A stretch of DNA of 49,385 bases from Eubacteriales bacterium (lineage in GTDB: Bacteria > Bacillota > Clostridia > Oscillospirales > QAKW01), in the NCBI GenBank assembly GCA_045546895.1, contig JAZQDS010000028.1, forward strand, positions 1-49,385, written 5' to 3'. Shown here piece after piece: positions 18,537 to 27,208 of this stretch. The notes under the pieces are model-generated. The model did not search any database, was not told the DNA's origin, and was given only the letters and a program-made list of their open reading frames with translations. Position 1 is the first letter of the stretch. Each line of letters starts with the position of its first letter. A program made the translations under genes and the position numbers.

Positions 18537-18919
18537 TCCAACATCCGAACAATAATATCCAAAAAATCCTCAAAGAGCGGAATGGCCAAAACAAGCAATG
18601 TGCATCTGCAAGCAAGCTCCACCTTATCTCCCCATCCGCCTTGCCCGCAATCCTTGCAGGTGCTTACAGTAAATTCACCCAAATAACATATTGCCAATCC
18701 CTTTAAAATTACACCAAAATATTCATTTGATATAGAAATGCTTTCTGCCAGATGGCGAACAAAAGAAAAAACAGCTGAGAGCTTCATGCAAATATAAAGC
18801 ATTAATACAACTGCGCCCGCCAAAGAAACATATACAGCAAACCGCTCATTGAAACTTTTCAAAATAAGATAAATTGCTAAAATTGCGCCAACCGCTGCAA
18901 ATAATTGATAAATACTCAT
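18533..18919 (-). CDS. spoIIIAD: Stage III sporulation protein AD
   Basis: ILKGLAICYLGEF...CKDCGQ...KVELA...LAIP. Confidence 0.92.
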   Translation of the reverse strand: MSIYQLFAAVGAILAIYLILKSFNERFAVYVSLAGAVVLMLYICMKLSAVFSFVRHLAESISISNEYFGVILKGLAICYLGEFTVSTCKDCGQGGWGDKVELACRCTLLVLAIPLFEDFLDIIVRMLE

Positions 18920-19113
18920 TGTAAATCAAAAACCGTATGAATCGTTGTAAAAAGATCCCCGATCTTTCCCAGAAGCACCAGCAAAACAACAATGATGCCT
19001 GCAAGCGTTGTAAGAGTAATATATTCATCTCGGCCCAATCGGCTTAATATCATATTGACAACCGCAACCATAATCCCAACGGCAGCAATTTTAAATATCA
19101 GATCAATTTCCAT
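18916..19113 (-). CDS. spoIIIAC: Stage III sporulation protein AC
   Basis: MEIDLIFKIAAVGIMVAVVNMILSRLGRDEY...TLAG; ATG 19113 one base after the AB stop. Confidence 0.95.
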   Translation of the reverse strand: MEIDLIFKIAAVGIMVAVVNMILSRLGRDEYITLTTLAGIIVVLLVLLGKIGDLFTTIHTVFDLQ

Positions 19114-19114
19114 A

Positions 19115-19552
19115 TTAAAAGAGCAAAATCGCCAAAAGCACGCCCAATGACGCAGAAACCATCGGAATTGCTTTGCCGGATGTTGCCAGCTCCTTTTCAA
19201 GCTTTAAAGCCAATTGGCTGAATTGATTTTTTAATGTATCGGTAAATTTTAATGCGTCCTCAAAGGAGGCGCTTTTAATTTTAGCTATGTTTGAAAATAA
19301 AATTTCATTTTCTTCCGAAGTCAACGCATCTGATTTTTGATCGGAAATCAAGGCATTGCCAAAACTTCCGCTTTCTTCAAAAAATTCATTGATTGGCTTT
19401 CTGTAATCACGAAGTTGAGAATAGTATTCCTCAAGCAAAGCAGCAAGCTTGGCAGCACATTCTTGCCTTGTTTTCCATTTCAACACATATTTATGCGCAC
19501 CAAAATAACTTCCGCTAACAATCATCGCTGCTCCAATAATCTTCATCATCAT
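19115..19552 (-). CDS. spoIIIAB: Stage III sporulation protein AB (divergent, short)
   Basis: MMKIIGAAMIV N-terminus, C-terminal LGVLLAILLF, operon position. Confidence 0.8.
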   Translation of the reverse strand: MMMKIIGAAMIVSGSYFGAHKYVLKWKTRQECAAKLAALLEEYYSQLRDYRKPINEFFEESGSFGNALISDQKSDALTSEENEILFSNIAKIKSASFEDALKFTDTLKNQFSQLALKLEKELATSGKAIPMVSASLGVLLAILLF

Positions 19553-20456
19553 AATGATTCACCGTCATCACCTTTCGAATTCTTCCGGGCTCTGCAGCTC
19601 CCTTTAAGATCACAATCTTCGATAAAACACCCGCTCGTAGCAGCCGGTCGATCTGCGGTCGATTGAATAATTCCTCTTCATCGCGCGCATGAGCGGATGC
19701 CAAAATCGGAACACCCGCATTCATTGCTTCGATCATACGATCGGTTTCCGCCGCTGATCCGATTTCATCGCAAATGATCACCTGCGGAGATAATGTTCTT
19801 AAGGCAATCATCATTCCGTAAGGCTTTGGATAACCATCCAAAACATCTGCAAGCTCTCCAACATCCTTTTGAGAAATCCCTTGATACATTGATGCAATTT
19901 CGCTGCGCTCATCAATAATCGCACACCGATATCCTTCATTTGATAGTTTCTTGGCAAGTTCGGTTAATAAGGTCGTCTTTCCGCCGCAGGGTTCTGATAC
20001 GATTAAGGTTGAGCAAAATCTTCCATCGCATAAAAGCTTAGGATAAAGCCGCTCTGCAACACCGCTTTTTTCGCGGCAGATTCTAAAATTCAATGATGAT
20101 ATGTCGTGGACCCGAATCTTTCCTTTTTCATCCGTAACAAAGCTTCCGCAAAGCCCAACCCGATGCCCGCCCGGCAACGAGATATACCCGTTTTCAATCT
20201 GATGTTCAAAACGATATGCTGCACCTTGAAATAGTTTTTCCATAATGAATTCCAGTTCGCCTTTTGTAACATTAACAGAGGGAACCATATAATTTTTCTC
20301 GCCGCAGCTCAACGAGCAGCCGCGCTCCAGCCGGAATCGCAGTTCTGTTGCTTTTTGCAGCAAGGCCTGATCTTGTTTTTTTATTGAATTGCTCCATTCG
20401 GTCGGCAGATATTCGAGCAATCCTATCAGTTCGTTTTGTTTTCCTTTTTTTTCCAT
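19515..20456 (-). CDS. spoIIIAA: Stage III sporulation protein AA (ATPase)
   Basis: GYISLPGGHRVG, SLNFRICRE, SEPCGGKTT, IDERSEIA, RTLSPQVIICDEIG. Confidence 0.95.
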   Translation of the reverse strand: MEKKGKQNELIGLLEYLPTEWSNSIKKQDQALLQKATELRFRLERGCSLSCGEKNYMVPSVNVTKGELEFIMEKLFQGAAYRFEHQIENGYISLPGGHRVGLCGSFVTDEKGKIRVHDISSLNFRICREKSGVAERLYPKLLCDGRFCSTLIVSEPCGGKTTLLTELAKKLSNEGYRCAIIDERSEIASMYQGISQKDVGELADVLDGYPKPYGMMIALRTLSPQVIICDEIGSAAETDRMIEAMNAGVPILASAHARDEEELFNRPQIDRLLRAGVLSKIVILKGAAEPGRIRKVMTVNHYDDEDYWSSDDC

Positions 20457-20484
20457 TTGATAGTTGTCCCCCTTCCTTTGTTTC

Positions 20485-20514
20485 ATTTTATGGACATACT
20501 TTTAAAAATAGAAC
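20485..20514 (-). promoter_or_regulatory. Candidate sigE promoter for the spoIIIA operon
   Basis: GTTCTA-16 bp-CATAAAAT; spoIIIA is an established sigE target. Confidence 0.65.
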
Positions 20515-20528
20515 ATCTTAAGCAATTT

Positions 20529-20558
20529 GAATATATTTCACGCCTTCAGGAAAAACTT
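20529..20558 (+). promoter_or_regulatory. Candidate sigF/sigG promoter for enolase
   Basis: GAATA-15 bp-GGAAAAACTT, close to the GYATA-N15-GGnnAnAHTR consensus. Confidence 0.55.
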
Positions 20559-20591
20559 AAAATACGTTATGAAATAAACCATGGAGGAATT

Positions 20592-21863
20592 ATGAACGCA
20601 ACACGTATTAAAGAAATTATCGGCCGCCAAATTTTGGATTCTCGCGGCAATCCTACCGTTGAAGCGCAAATTTTACTTGAAAGCGGCGTGACTGCCTCGG
20701 CAGCAGTTCCCAGCGGTGCCTCAACAGGGCAATATGAAGCCATAGAATTGCGCGATGAGGGAAATATTTATGGCGGGAAAAGCGTATTTAAAGCTGTATC
20801 AAACATCAATACTGTCTTGAATCAGGCCCTTTGCGGAATGGATATTTTTGATCAAACAGCAATTGACCGAAAAATGCTTGAAGCAGATGGAACAGAAAAT
20901 AAAAGTGAGCTTGGTGCCAATGCAATCCTTGCAGTTTCTCTTGCCGCTGCACGAACTGCTTCATTTGCTTGCAAAATGCCGCTATTTCGTTATCTCGGCG
21001 GCGCCGCCGCCATGACAATGCCTGTACCGATGCTCAACATCTTAAATGGCGGCGCACACGCTAATAATAACGTTGAAATTCAGGAATTCATGATTATCCC
21101 GATCGGCGCGCCGACCTTTACAAAAGGCTTAGAAATGAGTCTTGCCGTATATCATAGCCTGGGGCATATATTAAAAGAATCGAATCTTGCAACAACGGTT
21201 GGAGACGAGGGTGGATTTGCCCCTAATCTCGAAAATGATGAGCAAGCATTGAAGCTGTTAATCCGAGCCATTGAGCGCGCAGGACTTGAGCCCGAGCGAG
21301 ATATTGCGATTGCTTTGGATGCGGCTGCTTCCGAATGGAAAACGCCGGATGGCTACCGTCAACCAAAATCCGGAAAAACATTCAAAACCATTGAATTAAT
21401 CGATTATTTCAAAGAATTAATTATGAAATATCCCATTATCTCGCTGGAAGATCCCCTCGGCGATGATGATTTCGATGGCTTTTCAGAAATCCGAAAGCAA
21501 ACAGGAATTCAAATTGTAGGGGATGATTTATTTGTTACTAATCCTGACCGACTGAAAAAGGGAATATCAAAGAATAGCGGAAATGCAATTTTAATCAAGC
21601 TTAATCAGATCGGTACTCTCAGCGAAACGCTTGAAACCATCCGCATCGCGCGGGAAAACGGATATAAAACAATTATTTCTCATCGAAGCGGCGAGACAGC
21701 CGATCCCTTTATTGCAGATCTTGCTGTTGCGGTAAATGCGGGGCAAATAAAAACAGGCGCACCCGCAAGAAGCGAGCGCGTCTGCAAATATAACAGATTG
21801 CTGGGGATCGAAAGCCTGATCGGAATTCATAGCCATTATCCCGGCTATTCAGCATTTTTATAA
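20592..21863 (+). CDS. eno: Enolase (phosphopyruvate hydratase)
   Basis: DSRGNPTVE, PSGASTG, GGAH, QEF, GDEGG, GDDL, IKLNQIG, SHRSGET, QIKTG all intact. Start ATG 20592 with GGAGG RBS. Confidence 0.97.
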   Translation: MNATRIKEIIGRQILDSRGNPTVEAQILLESGVTASAAVPSGASTGQYEAIELRDEGNIYGGKSVFKAVSNINTVLNQALCGMDIFDQTAIDRKMLEADGTENKSELGANAILAVSLAAARTASFACKMPLFRYLGGAAAMTMPVPMLNILNGGAHANNNVEIQEFMIIPIGAPTFTKGLEMSLAVYHSLGHILKESNLATTVGDEGGFAPNLENDEQALKLLIRAIERAGLEPERDIAIALDAAASEWKTPDGYRQPKSGKTFKTIELIDYFKELIMKYPIISLEDPLGDDDFDGFSEIRKQTGIQIVGDDLFVTNPDRLKKGISKNSGNAILIKLNQIGTLSETLETIRIARENGYKTIISHRSGETADPFIADLAVAVNAGQIKTGAPARSERVCKYNRLLGIESLIGIHSHYPGYSAFL

Positions 21864-21898
21864 AATTAAAAGCTTGGAGAATCTCCAAGCTTTTAATT
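21864..21898. terminator. Bidirectional terminator between eno and ctpA
   Basis: AATTAAAAGCTTGGAG-AAT-CTCCAAGCTTTTAATT. Confidence 0.85.
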
Positions 21899-21900
21899 AT

Positions 21901-23070
21901 TTATTGAAGAGCTTCCATCGCCGCCTGAAGCTGAACGTCTTCATCGAAGGTCAATTCATAAAAACGTGCTTCCAATTCGTCCGAAAGAGCAACATCAAGA
22001 TGAGGCGCAACCCCCTCACCATCAAAATTTCTGCCGCTGGGCGGATAATAAAGATGGGTTGAAAGGTATACCGCCGTATCATCGCCAAGAGGAATGATTT
22101 CCTGCGCCATTCCCTTTCCATAAGTTTTAACGCCAATCAGCTGACCGTATTTAAAATCGCGAATAGCCGCAGCAAAAAGCTCGCCGCCACTATATGTGCT
22201 GCCATTGATCAGAACAACAACTTCGCCCTCTAAAGAATCAGCATCCGATTTATAGGTTTCCTCTTCTCCGTTCTTATCACGAACAGAGCAAAGCAAACCC
22301 TCCGGCAAAATATAGTCCAATATTTCGGTAACAGCGGTAAGCGAACCGCCGGTATTATTACGAACATCAAAGATATATTTCTTAACGCCTTGCTTTTTAT
22401 AATCTTCAACAATTTCGATAAAATCTTCCGCGGTATTTACATCAAAGCTGCTGATTGCAATATACGCAATATCATCAACCATTCTGCGCGTTGTTACCGT
22501 TGCTTCGGTATATTCTTGAACTTCAACATCAAGAGCGAGACTTTCATCACCGCGTTGAATTGTCAATTTCAAGCTGGAGCCAACTTCCGCTTTCAAAAGA
22601 TCAGTCGCATCTGTATAGCTCATGGCTGCAATATCATTATCATTAATCTTGATGATAATATCACCGGGTAATACGCCCGCATCCTCGCCGGGCGAGCCGG
22701 AGCGTACTCTCGTTACCTTCAAATAGCCGGTAGCAGCAATATACTGCACATTCATTCCAATACCGGATGCCTTACCCTCTAAGCCCTTTTTGAATTCCAA
22801 ATAGCTTGTTTTATTCAAATAAACGCCGTATTCATCAACACCGCCGATATAACCCTTTAAGAGCGCATCCATGGTTTCATTCTCATCAAATTCGCCAACA
22901 TAGCGGTTATTTACAACTTGATAAACCTGCGCAAGCTTTTCAAACATATCGCTCTTGCCGGTAGTGCGCTCCACCATGTGGGCCATATACATATATGTTG
23001 CAATACAAGAAGCTAATATTGCTGCAAAAATAAAAAATAATACAGTACCAAGCTCAATTTTTCTTTTCAT
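21901..23070 (-). CDS. ctpA: S41 family C-terminal processing protease (PDZ domain)
   Basis: N-terminal TM, GIG PDZ loop, DVRNNTGG, TYSGGE (catalytic Ser), TYGKG (catalytic Lys). Confidence 0.9.
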   Translation of the reverse strand: MKRKIELGTVLFFIFAAILASCIATYMYMAHMVERTTGKSDMFEKLAQVYQVVNNRYVGEFDENETMDALLKGYIGGVDEYGVYLNKTSYLEFKKGLEGKASGIGMNVQYIAATGYLKVTRVRSGSPGEDAGVLPGDIIIKINDNDIAAMSYTDATDLLKAEVGSSLKLTIQRGDESLALDVEVQEYTEATVTTRRMVDDIAYIAISSFDVNTAEDFIEIVEDYKKQGVKKYIFDVRNNTGGSLTAVTEILDYILPEGLLCSVRDKNGEEETYKSDADSLEGEVVVLINGSTYSGGELFAAAIRDFKYGQLIGVKTYGKGMAQEIIPLGDDTAVYLSTHLYYPPSGRNFDGEGVAPHLDVALSDELEARFYELTFDEDVQLQAAMEALQ

Positions 23071-23084
23071 ATTTCACCTGCCGA

Positions 23085-24269
23085 TTAAGCAAAATTAAAA
23101 CTAATTCCGTAATGAGAAAGCGGATTGGTATATTCCCCGTTTTGCATAATTTCAAAATGGAGATGATTTCCGGTTGAATAGCCGGTTGAGCCAACAAAAC
23201 CAAGGGTATCGCCGCGAGAAACTTTTTGACCCGCGGATACATTCAAGCGGCTTGCATGCCCATAAAGGGTGCTATAACCGCCGCCATGATCTATAACAAC
23301 ATAGTTGCCATAGCCGCGATTATATCCCGCTTTAATAACTGTTCCGCCGTTTGCGGCAAGAATAGGCTTTCCGCCGATTCCCGCACCGGCGATATCAACG
23401 CCGGTATGAAGCTTATAGATCCCTGTTATTGGATGTGTACGATATCCGAAACGGCTTGTTATCGTATAATATCCCGAAACGGGCCATAAAAACTTGCCGC
23501 CAACAAAAGTTTCGTTTTTGCTGTTATTTAAAGCCTTACGAATCTCAGCCTGAAGTTCTTCCTCTGCCCGCTCGGCCGCCTTGATCGCTGCAATATTTTC
23601 CTCGCTTTGCTCATTGAATTTCTCAATTAAGGCATCGCTGCGATCCTGCTTATCCTCCAAGGACGAAACATTGCTTTCAAGAGCATCCAATGCATCTTGC
23701 TGCTTCTTTTGCTTTTCTTCAATTGCTTTTGTTTCCGTTTCAATGGTATCCTTTGTTTTTTTCAGTTCATTGATAACGCTCTGATCATAAGCAGTCATTT
23801 GCTTTACCATTTCAACGCGAGCAATAAAATCATGTAAGCTGGAGGAGCCGAGAATAATATTTAGATAAGAAGTATTCCCCAATTCATACATCGCACGAAT
23901 GCGCTCCTTGGCATGCTCCTTATTCTCATCCAAAATTTCTTCCGCTTCTTCAAGATTTTTCTTGCTTTTTTCAAGATCGTTGTTTAAGCCGTCAACGACC
24001 TCACCCAGCAAAGAGGCCTCTTTATTTAATTCATGGATCTGGCTATCGATGATCTCTTTTTCTTGAAGAGCGGCATCCTTTTTACCTTTAATCGACTCTA
24101 ATTCCTTTTCCAGCTTTTCCTTCTTTGCGATGATATCATCAAGCTCATTTTGCATATCCGATACATCCTCAGCGCCGTAAGACTTAATGCTGAAAACAAC
24201 GGTTGTAAACATCCCGAGCAACAGCAATATTATTATTGCCATTGCTATGATAGAACGCCATTTTTTCAT
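23085..24269 (-). CDS. Coiled-coil plus M23 peptidase (EnvC-like FtsEX partner)
   Basis: Signal peptide, long coiled coil, HTGVD and HLH zinc motifs intact; downstream of ftsEX. Confidence 0.92.
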   Translation of the reverse strand: MKKWRSIIAMAIIILLLLGMFTTVVFSIKSYGAEDVSDMQNELDDIIAKKEKLEKELESIKGKKDAALQEKEIIDSQIHELNKEASLLGEVVDGLNNDLEKSKKNLEEAEEILDENKEHAKERIRAMYELGNTSYLNIILGSSSLHDFIARVEMVKQMTAYDQSVINELKKTKDTIETETKAIEEKQKKQQDALDALESNVSSLEDKQDRSDALIEKFNEQSEENIAAIKAAERAEEELQAEIRKALNNSKNETFVGGKFLWPVSGYYTITSRFGYRTHPITGIYKLHTGVDIAGAGIGGKPILAANGGTVIKAGYNRGYGNYVVIDHGGGYSTLYGHASRLNVSAGQKVSRGDTLGFVGSTGYSTGNHLHFEIMQNGEYTNPLSHYGISFNFA

Positions 24270-24278
24270 TGAATCACC

Positions 24279-25166
24279 TTAAACCTTTAAATACTTATTG
24301 ATAGAAAACGCGCTGCCGAATAAACCAACAAACAGGCCGATTCCGCCAAAATAAAGCGCAACAACCGGCGCAAGCTTTGCAAAAGATACGGTTGAGATAA
24401 ACTGAATATCCGCAACCAAGGGCTGTAATAAATACACATAGATCACCCATTGAACCGCAAAGGAAATAATCGCTGCGCAGATCCCGATAATAATACCCTC
24501 TAAAATAAAGGGCGTACGGATAAAGGCATTGGTCGCCCCAACATACTTCATAATGTTGATTTCATGGCGTCTGTTATGCATTGCCAGCTTAATGGTATTG
24601 GAAACAATAAACCAAGATACCAGCGCGAGAATAATCATAATCCAAAAGCCGAGAATATCCATTACCTTCTTTAAAGAAAGCAGCATATTTACAACATCCT
24701 GAGAATCGGAAATATTGGCAATTTCTTCCATTGAGGAAATCTTCTTTGCGATAATTTCAAATTGATCAAGGTGCTTATTCTTAACCTGAATACGAAATTC
24801 GTCTCTCAGAGGATTTTCATCACCGCTAAACCAGGAAAGATAGTTCCCCTCTTCCCCTTCAAATTGCTTTTGATATTCCTCCAGCGCCTCATCCTTAGTA
24901 ACAAAATCAACTGATTGAATATATTCTTCACCTGTTGCCCAAATTTGATCCTCAAGATTATTGAGCTTGCTTTCCTCAACATTTTCATCAACATAGGCAA
25001 CGATTTCATTTTTATCACCCAGCGATTCCATAAACGCAGAAATATTCGCCGAGCATAGAAAAGCTGAGCCAATGATCAGCATGCAGGCAATTAATACGCA
25101 AACTGAAGCGAAGGTCATCAAATAATTTTTACGAATACTATTTAAAGCAGATTTCAAAAAATACAC
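24279..25166 (-). CDS. ftsX: Cell division permease-like protein FtsX
   Basis: NTIKL...RRHEINIMKYVGAT...PFILEG; GTG start with AAGGAGG RBS. Confidence 0.95.
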   Translation of the reverse strand: MYFLKSALNSIRKNYLMTFASVCVLIACMLIIGSAFLCSANISAFMESLGDKNEIVAYVDENVEESKLNNLEDQIWATGEEYIQSVDFVTKDEALEEYQKQFEGEEGNYLSWFSGDENPLRDEFRIQVKNKHLDQFEIIAKKISSMEEIANISDSQDVVNMLLSLKKVMDILGFWIMIILALVSWFIVSNTIKLAMHNRRHEINIMKYVGATNAFIRTPFILEGIIIGICAAIISFAVQWVIYVYLLQPLVADIQFISTVSFAKLAPVVALYFGGIGLFVGLFGSAFSINKYLKV

Positions 25167-25178
25167 TATTTGACCTCC

Positions 25179-25865
25179 TTATTCCTTCTCATTATAATAG
25201 CCGCCCACCTGATCGCTGGTGACGCGCCCTTTTTCAATATGAATAACGCGCTTATTAAATTCATTCACAAGCGTATTATCATGGGTAACAACAATAACGG
25301 TAGTTCCGTTTTGATTGATTTGGTGCAAAAGCTCCATGATTTCGCGCGCCATCTCAGGATCAACATTACCGGTAGGCTCATCCGCGATAATCAAATGAGG
25401 ATTATTCACCAGGGCACGCGCCAAAGCCACGCGCTGCTGCTCGCCGCCTGAAAGCTGCGGCGGATAATTTTTCGCCTTATGACCAAGACCTACAACGCCC
25501 AAAACATACGGAACTCTGCGGCGAATGGTACGCTTAGAACATCCAACCGCCTGCATCGCAAAGGCAACATTTTCATAAACGGTAAGATTATCAATTAAGC
25601 GAAAATCCTGAAATACAACGCCCATGCTGCGGCGAAGCATCGGAACTTTCGCTGCGCGCATTTTCTTAATATCAAAATCGCCTACACGAACTGTCCCTCC
25701 GGTGGGGATAACTTCATGCATCAAAAGCTTAATGACTGTACTTTTTCCGGCACCGCTCGGGCCAATAATGAAAACAAATTCACCATCTTCAATCTTGAAA
25801 GAAACTCCGTTCAGAGCATTTGTGCCGTTGGGATAGCTTTTATAAACATCATCAAATAAGATCAT
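25179..25865 (-). CDS. ftsE: Cell division ATP-binding protein FtsE
   Basis: GPSGAGKST, VVFQDFRLI, LSGGEQQRV, ADEPTGNVD. Confidence 0.96.
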   Translation of the reverse strand: MILFDDVYKSYPNGTNALNGVSFKIEDGEFVFIIGPSGAGKSTVIKLLMHEVIPTGGTVRVGDFDIKKMRAAKVPMLRRSMGVVFQDFRLIDNLTVYENVAFAMQAVGCSKRTIRRRVPYVLGVVGLGHKAKNYPPQLSGGEQQRVALARALVNNPHLIIADEPTGNVDPEMAREIMELLHQINQNGTTVIVVTHDNTLVNEFNKRVIHIEKGRVTSDQVGGYYNEKE

Positions 25866-25877
25866 GGCAACTCCTAA

Positions 25878-26963
25878 TTAAAACTTAGTGGGGTTCGCAG
25901 TCAAATACTTTTTAACCATCAAAGCAACCTTAAATACAATCGCGTGATCAAAGCGACGCAGGTCAAGGCCGGTCAGCTTACGAATCTTTTCAAGGCGATA
26001 TACTAATGTATTACGATGAACAAATAGTTTTCTCGAGGTTTCGGAAACATTCAGATTGTTTTCAAAGAACTTTTGGATAGTAAACAAGGTTTCATAATCC
26101 AAAGATTCAATCGATCCCTTTTTAAATACCTCGGAAAGGAACATTTCGCAAAGGGTGGTCGGCAGCTGATAAATCAAGCGTCCAATACCGAGATTATCAT
26201 AAGTCATAATGAATTTCTCGGTATCAAACACCTTTCCTACCTCCAAAGCGATTTGCGCTTCATTGAAGGAACGCGGAAGATCGCGGATATTATCAACAAT
26301 TGTTCCGATACCGATATAAGATTTAATATAAAGCTCACTGCTTACAATATCAATAATGCTCTTGGCCAACTTTTCAAGATCTTTATTATCATTGAAATTC
26401 TTAACTTCCTTAACAAGCACAAGATCGGTTTCATTAATATTAATAATGAAATCCTTTTGGCGATCAGGGAACAATCCCTGCAAAATATCATAAGCAGAAA
26501 CATCGCTCTTATCCGATAGACGAATCAAAATTGCAACGCGGTATGCTTCAACCTCAAAACGAAGCTCCTTTGCTTTAATAAAAATATCGCCAGGCAGGAT
26601 ATTATCAAGAATAACATTTTTAACAAAATTATTCTTATCAAATTTTTCATCATAATATTGCTTAATATTAGTAAGGGTAATTGCAATGAGATTAATGTAT
26701 TTGGATGCAAGCTCATCTGTCCCCTCAACAAAGGCAACGTATTCAAGACCGGAGCGGGAATTTAAGGGTTTATAAGTATAGCCCCCCTCCGAAATACTCT
26801 CCATCGTTGCCGAAATCGAAGAAATTACATTTTCATGCACCTCCCCGATCTTAATTAGATCACTGCAGGAAATAACCGTTCCGTTTTCATCGATAACGCC
26901 AACGGTACGATCAATACTATCCTTCAGCTGATATACAACACTTTGAAAAAAACGATTAGACAT
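25878..26963 (-). CDS. CdaR/PucR family transcriptional regulator (sugar-sensing N-terminal domain, GGDEF-like domain, HTH)
   Basis: VGVIDENGTVISCS N-terminus; C-terminal NLNVSETSRKLFVHRNTLVYRLEKIRKLTGLDL HTH. Confidence 0.92.
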   Translation of the reverse strand: MSNRFFQSVVYQLKDSIDRTVGVIDENGTVISCSDLIKIGEVHENVISSISATMESISEGGYTYKPLNSRSGLEYVAFVEGTDELASKYINLIAITLTNIKQYYDEKFDKNNFVKNVILDNILPGDIFIKAKELRFEVEAYRVAILIRLSDKSDVSAYDILQGLFPDRQKDFIININETDLVLVKEVKNFNDNKDLEKLAKSIIDIVSSELYIKSYIGIGTIVDNIRDLPRSFNEAQIALEVGKVFDTEKFIMTYDNLGIGRLIYQLPTTLCEMFLSEVFKKGSIESLDYETLFTIQKFFENNLNVSETSRKLFVHRNTLVYRLEKIRKLTGLDLRRFDHAIVFKVALMVKKYLTANPTKF

Positions 26964-27007
26964 GCGATTTTTTCCTCCTATACATAATGACTACAGAACT
27001 ATTTAAT

Positions 27008-27036
27008 ATTTTACACCATTTCTTTATCTTTTTCAA
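27008..27036 (-). promoter_or_regulatory. Sigma-A promoter for the cdaR-ftsEX-envC-ctpA operon
   Basis: TTGAAA-17 bp-TAAAAT. Confidence 0.65.
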
Positions 27037-27055
27037 CAGTTTTTTAGAATTTAAT

Positions 27056-27072
27056 TTGTTAATTTTGCACAA
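27056..27072. promoter_or_regulatory. Putative operator, copy 1 (TTGT-N9-ACAA)
   Basis: TTGTTAATTTTGCACAA, about 20 bp upstream of the -35 box; recurs at 28420, 49183 and 49334. Confidence 0.6.
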
Positions 27073-27168
27073 CGCATCAAAAAAATACGCATACTTTATG
27101 ATTTTTATTGTGAAATGGAACCGTTTTTTTCAAAAAATTACCAATTTAACATTCGTCAAAATCTCCAT

Positions 27169-27198
27169 AAAAAAACCGCCCGAAAATCGGGCGGTTTT
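27169..27198 (-). terminator. Terminator of msmX
   Basis: AAAACCGCCCGA-AAA-TCGGGCGGTTTT with a T run on the minus strand. Confidence 0.88.
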
Positions 27199-27208
27199 AA
27201 TCATATAA

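Noticed and set aside
20436-20591. N-terminal extensions given by the ORF track for enolase (likewise transketolase, spoIIIAC, spoIIIAF and others)
   Set aside because: Downstream ATGs have better RBS or translational coupling and match the family N-termini; the extensions run through promoter regions or neighbouring genes.
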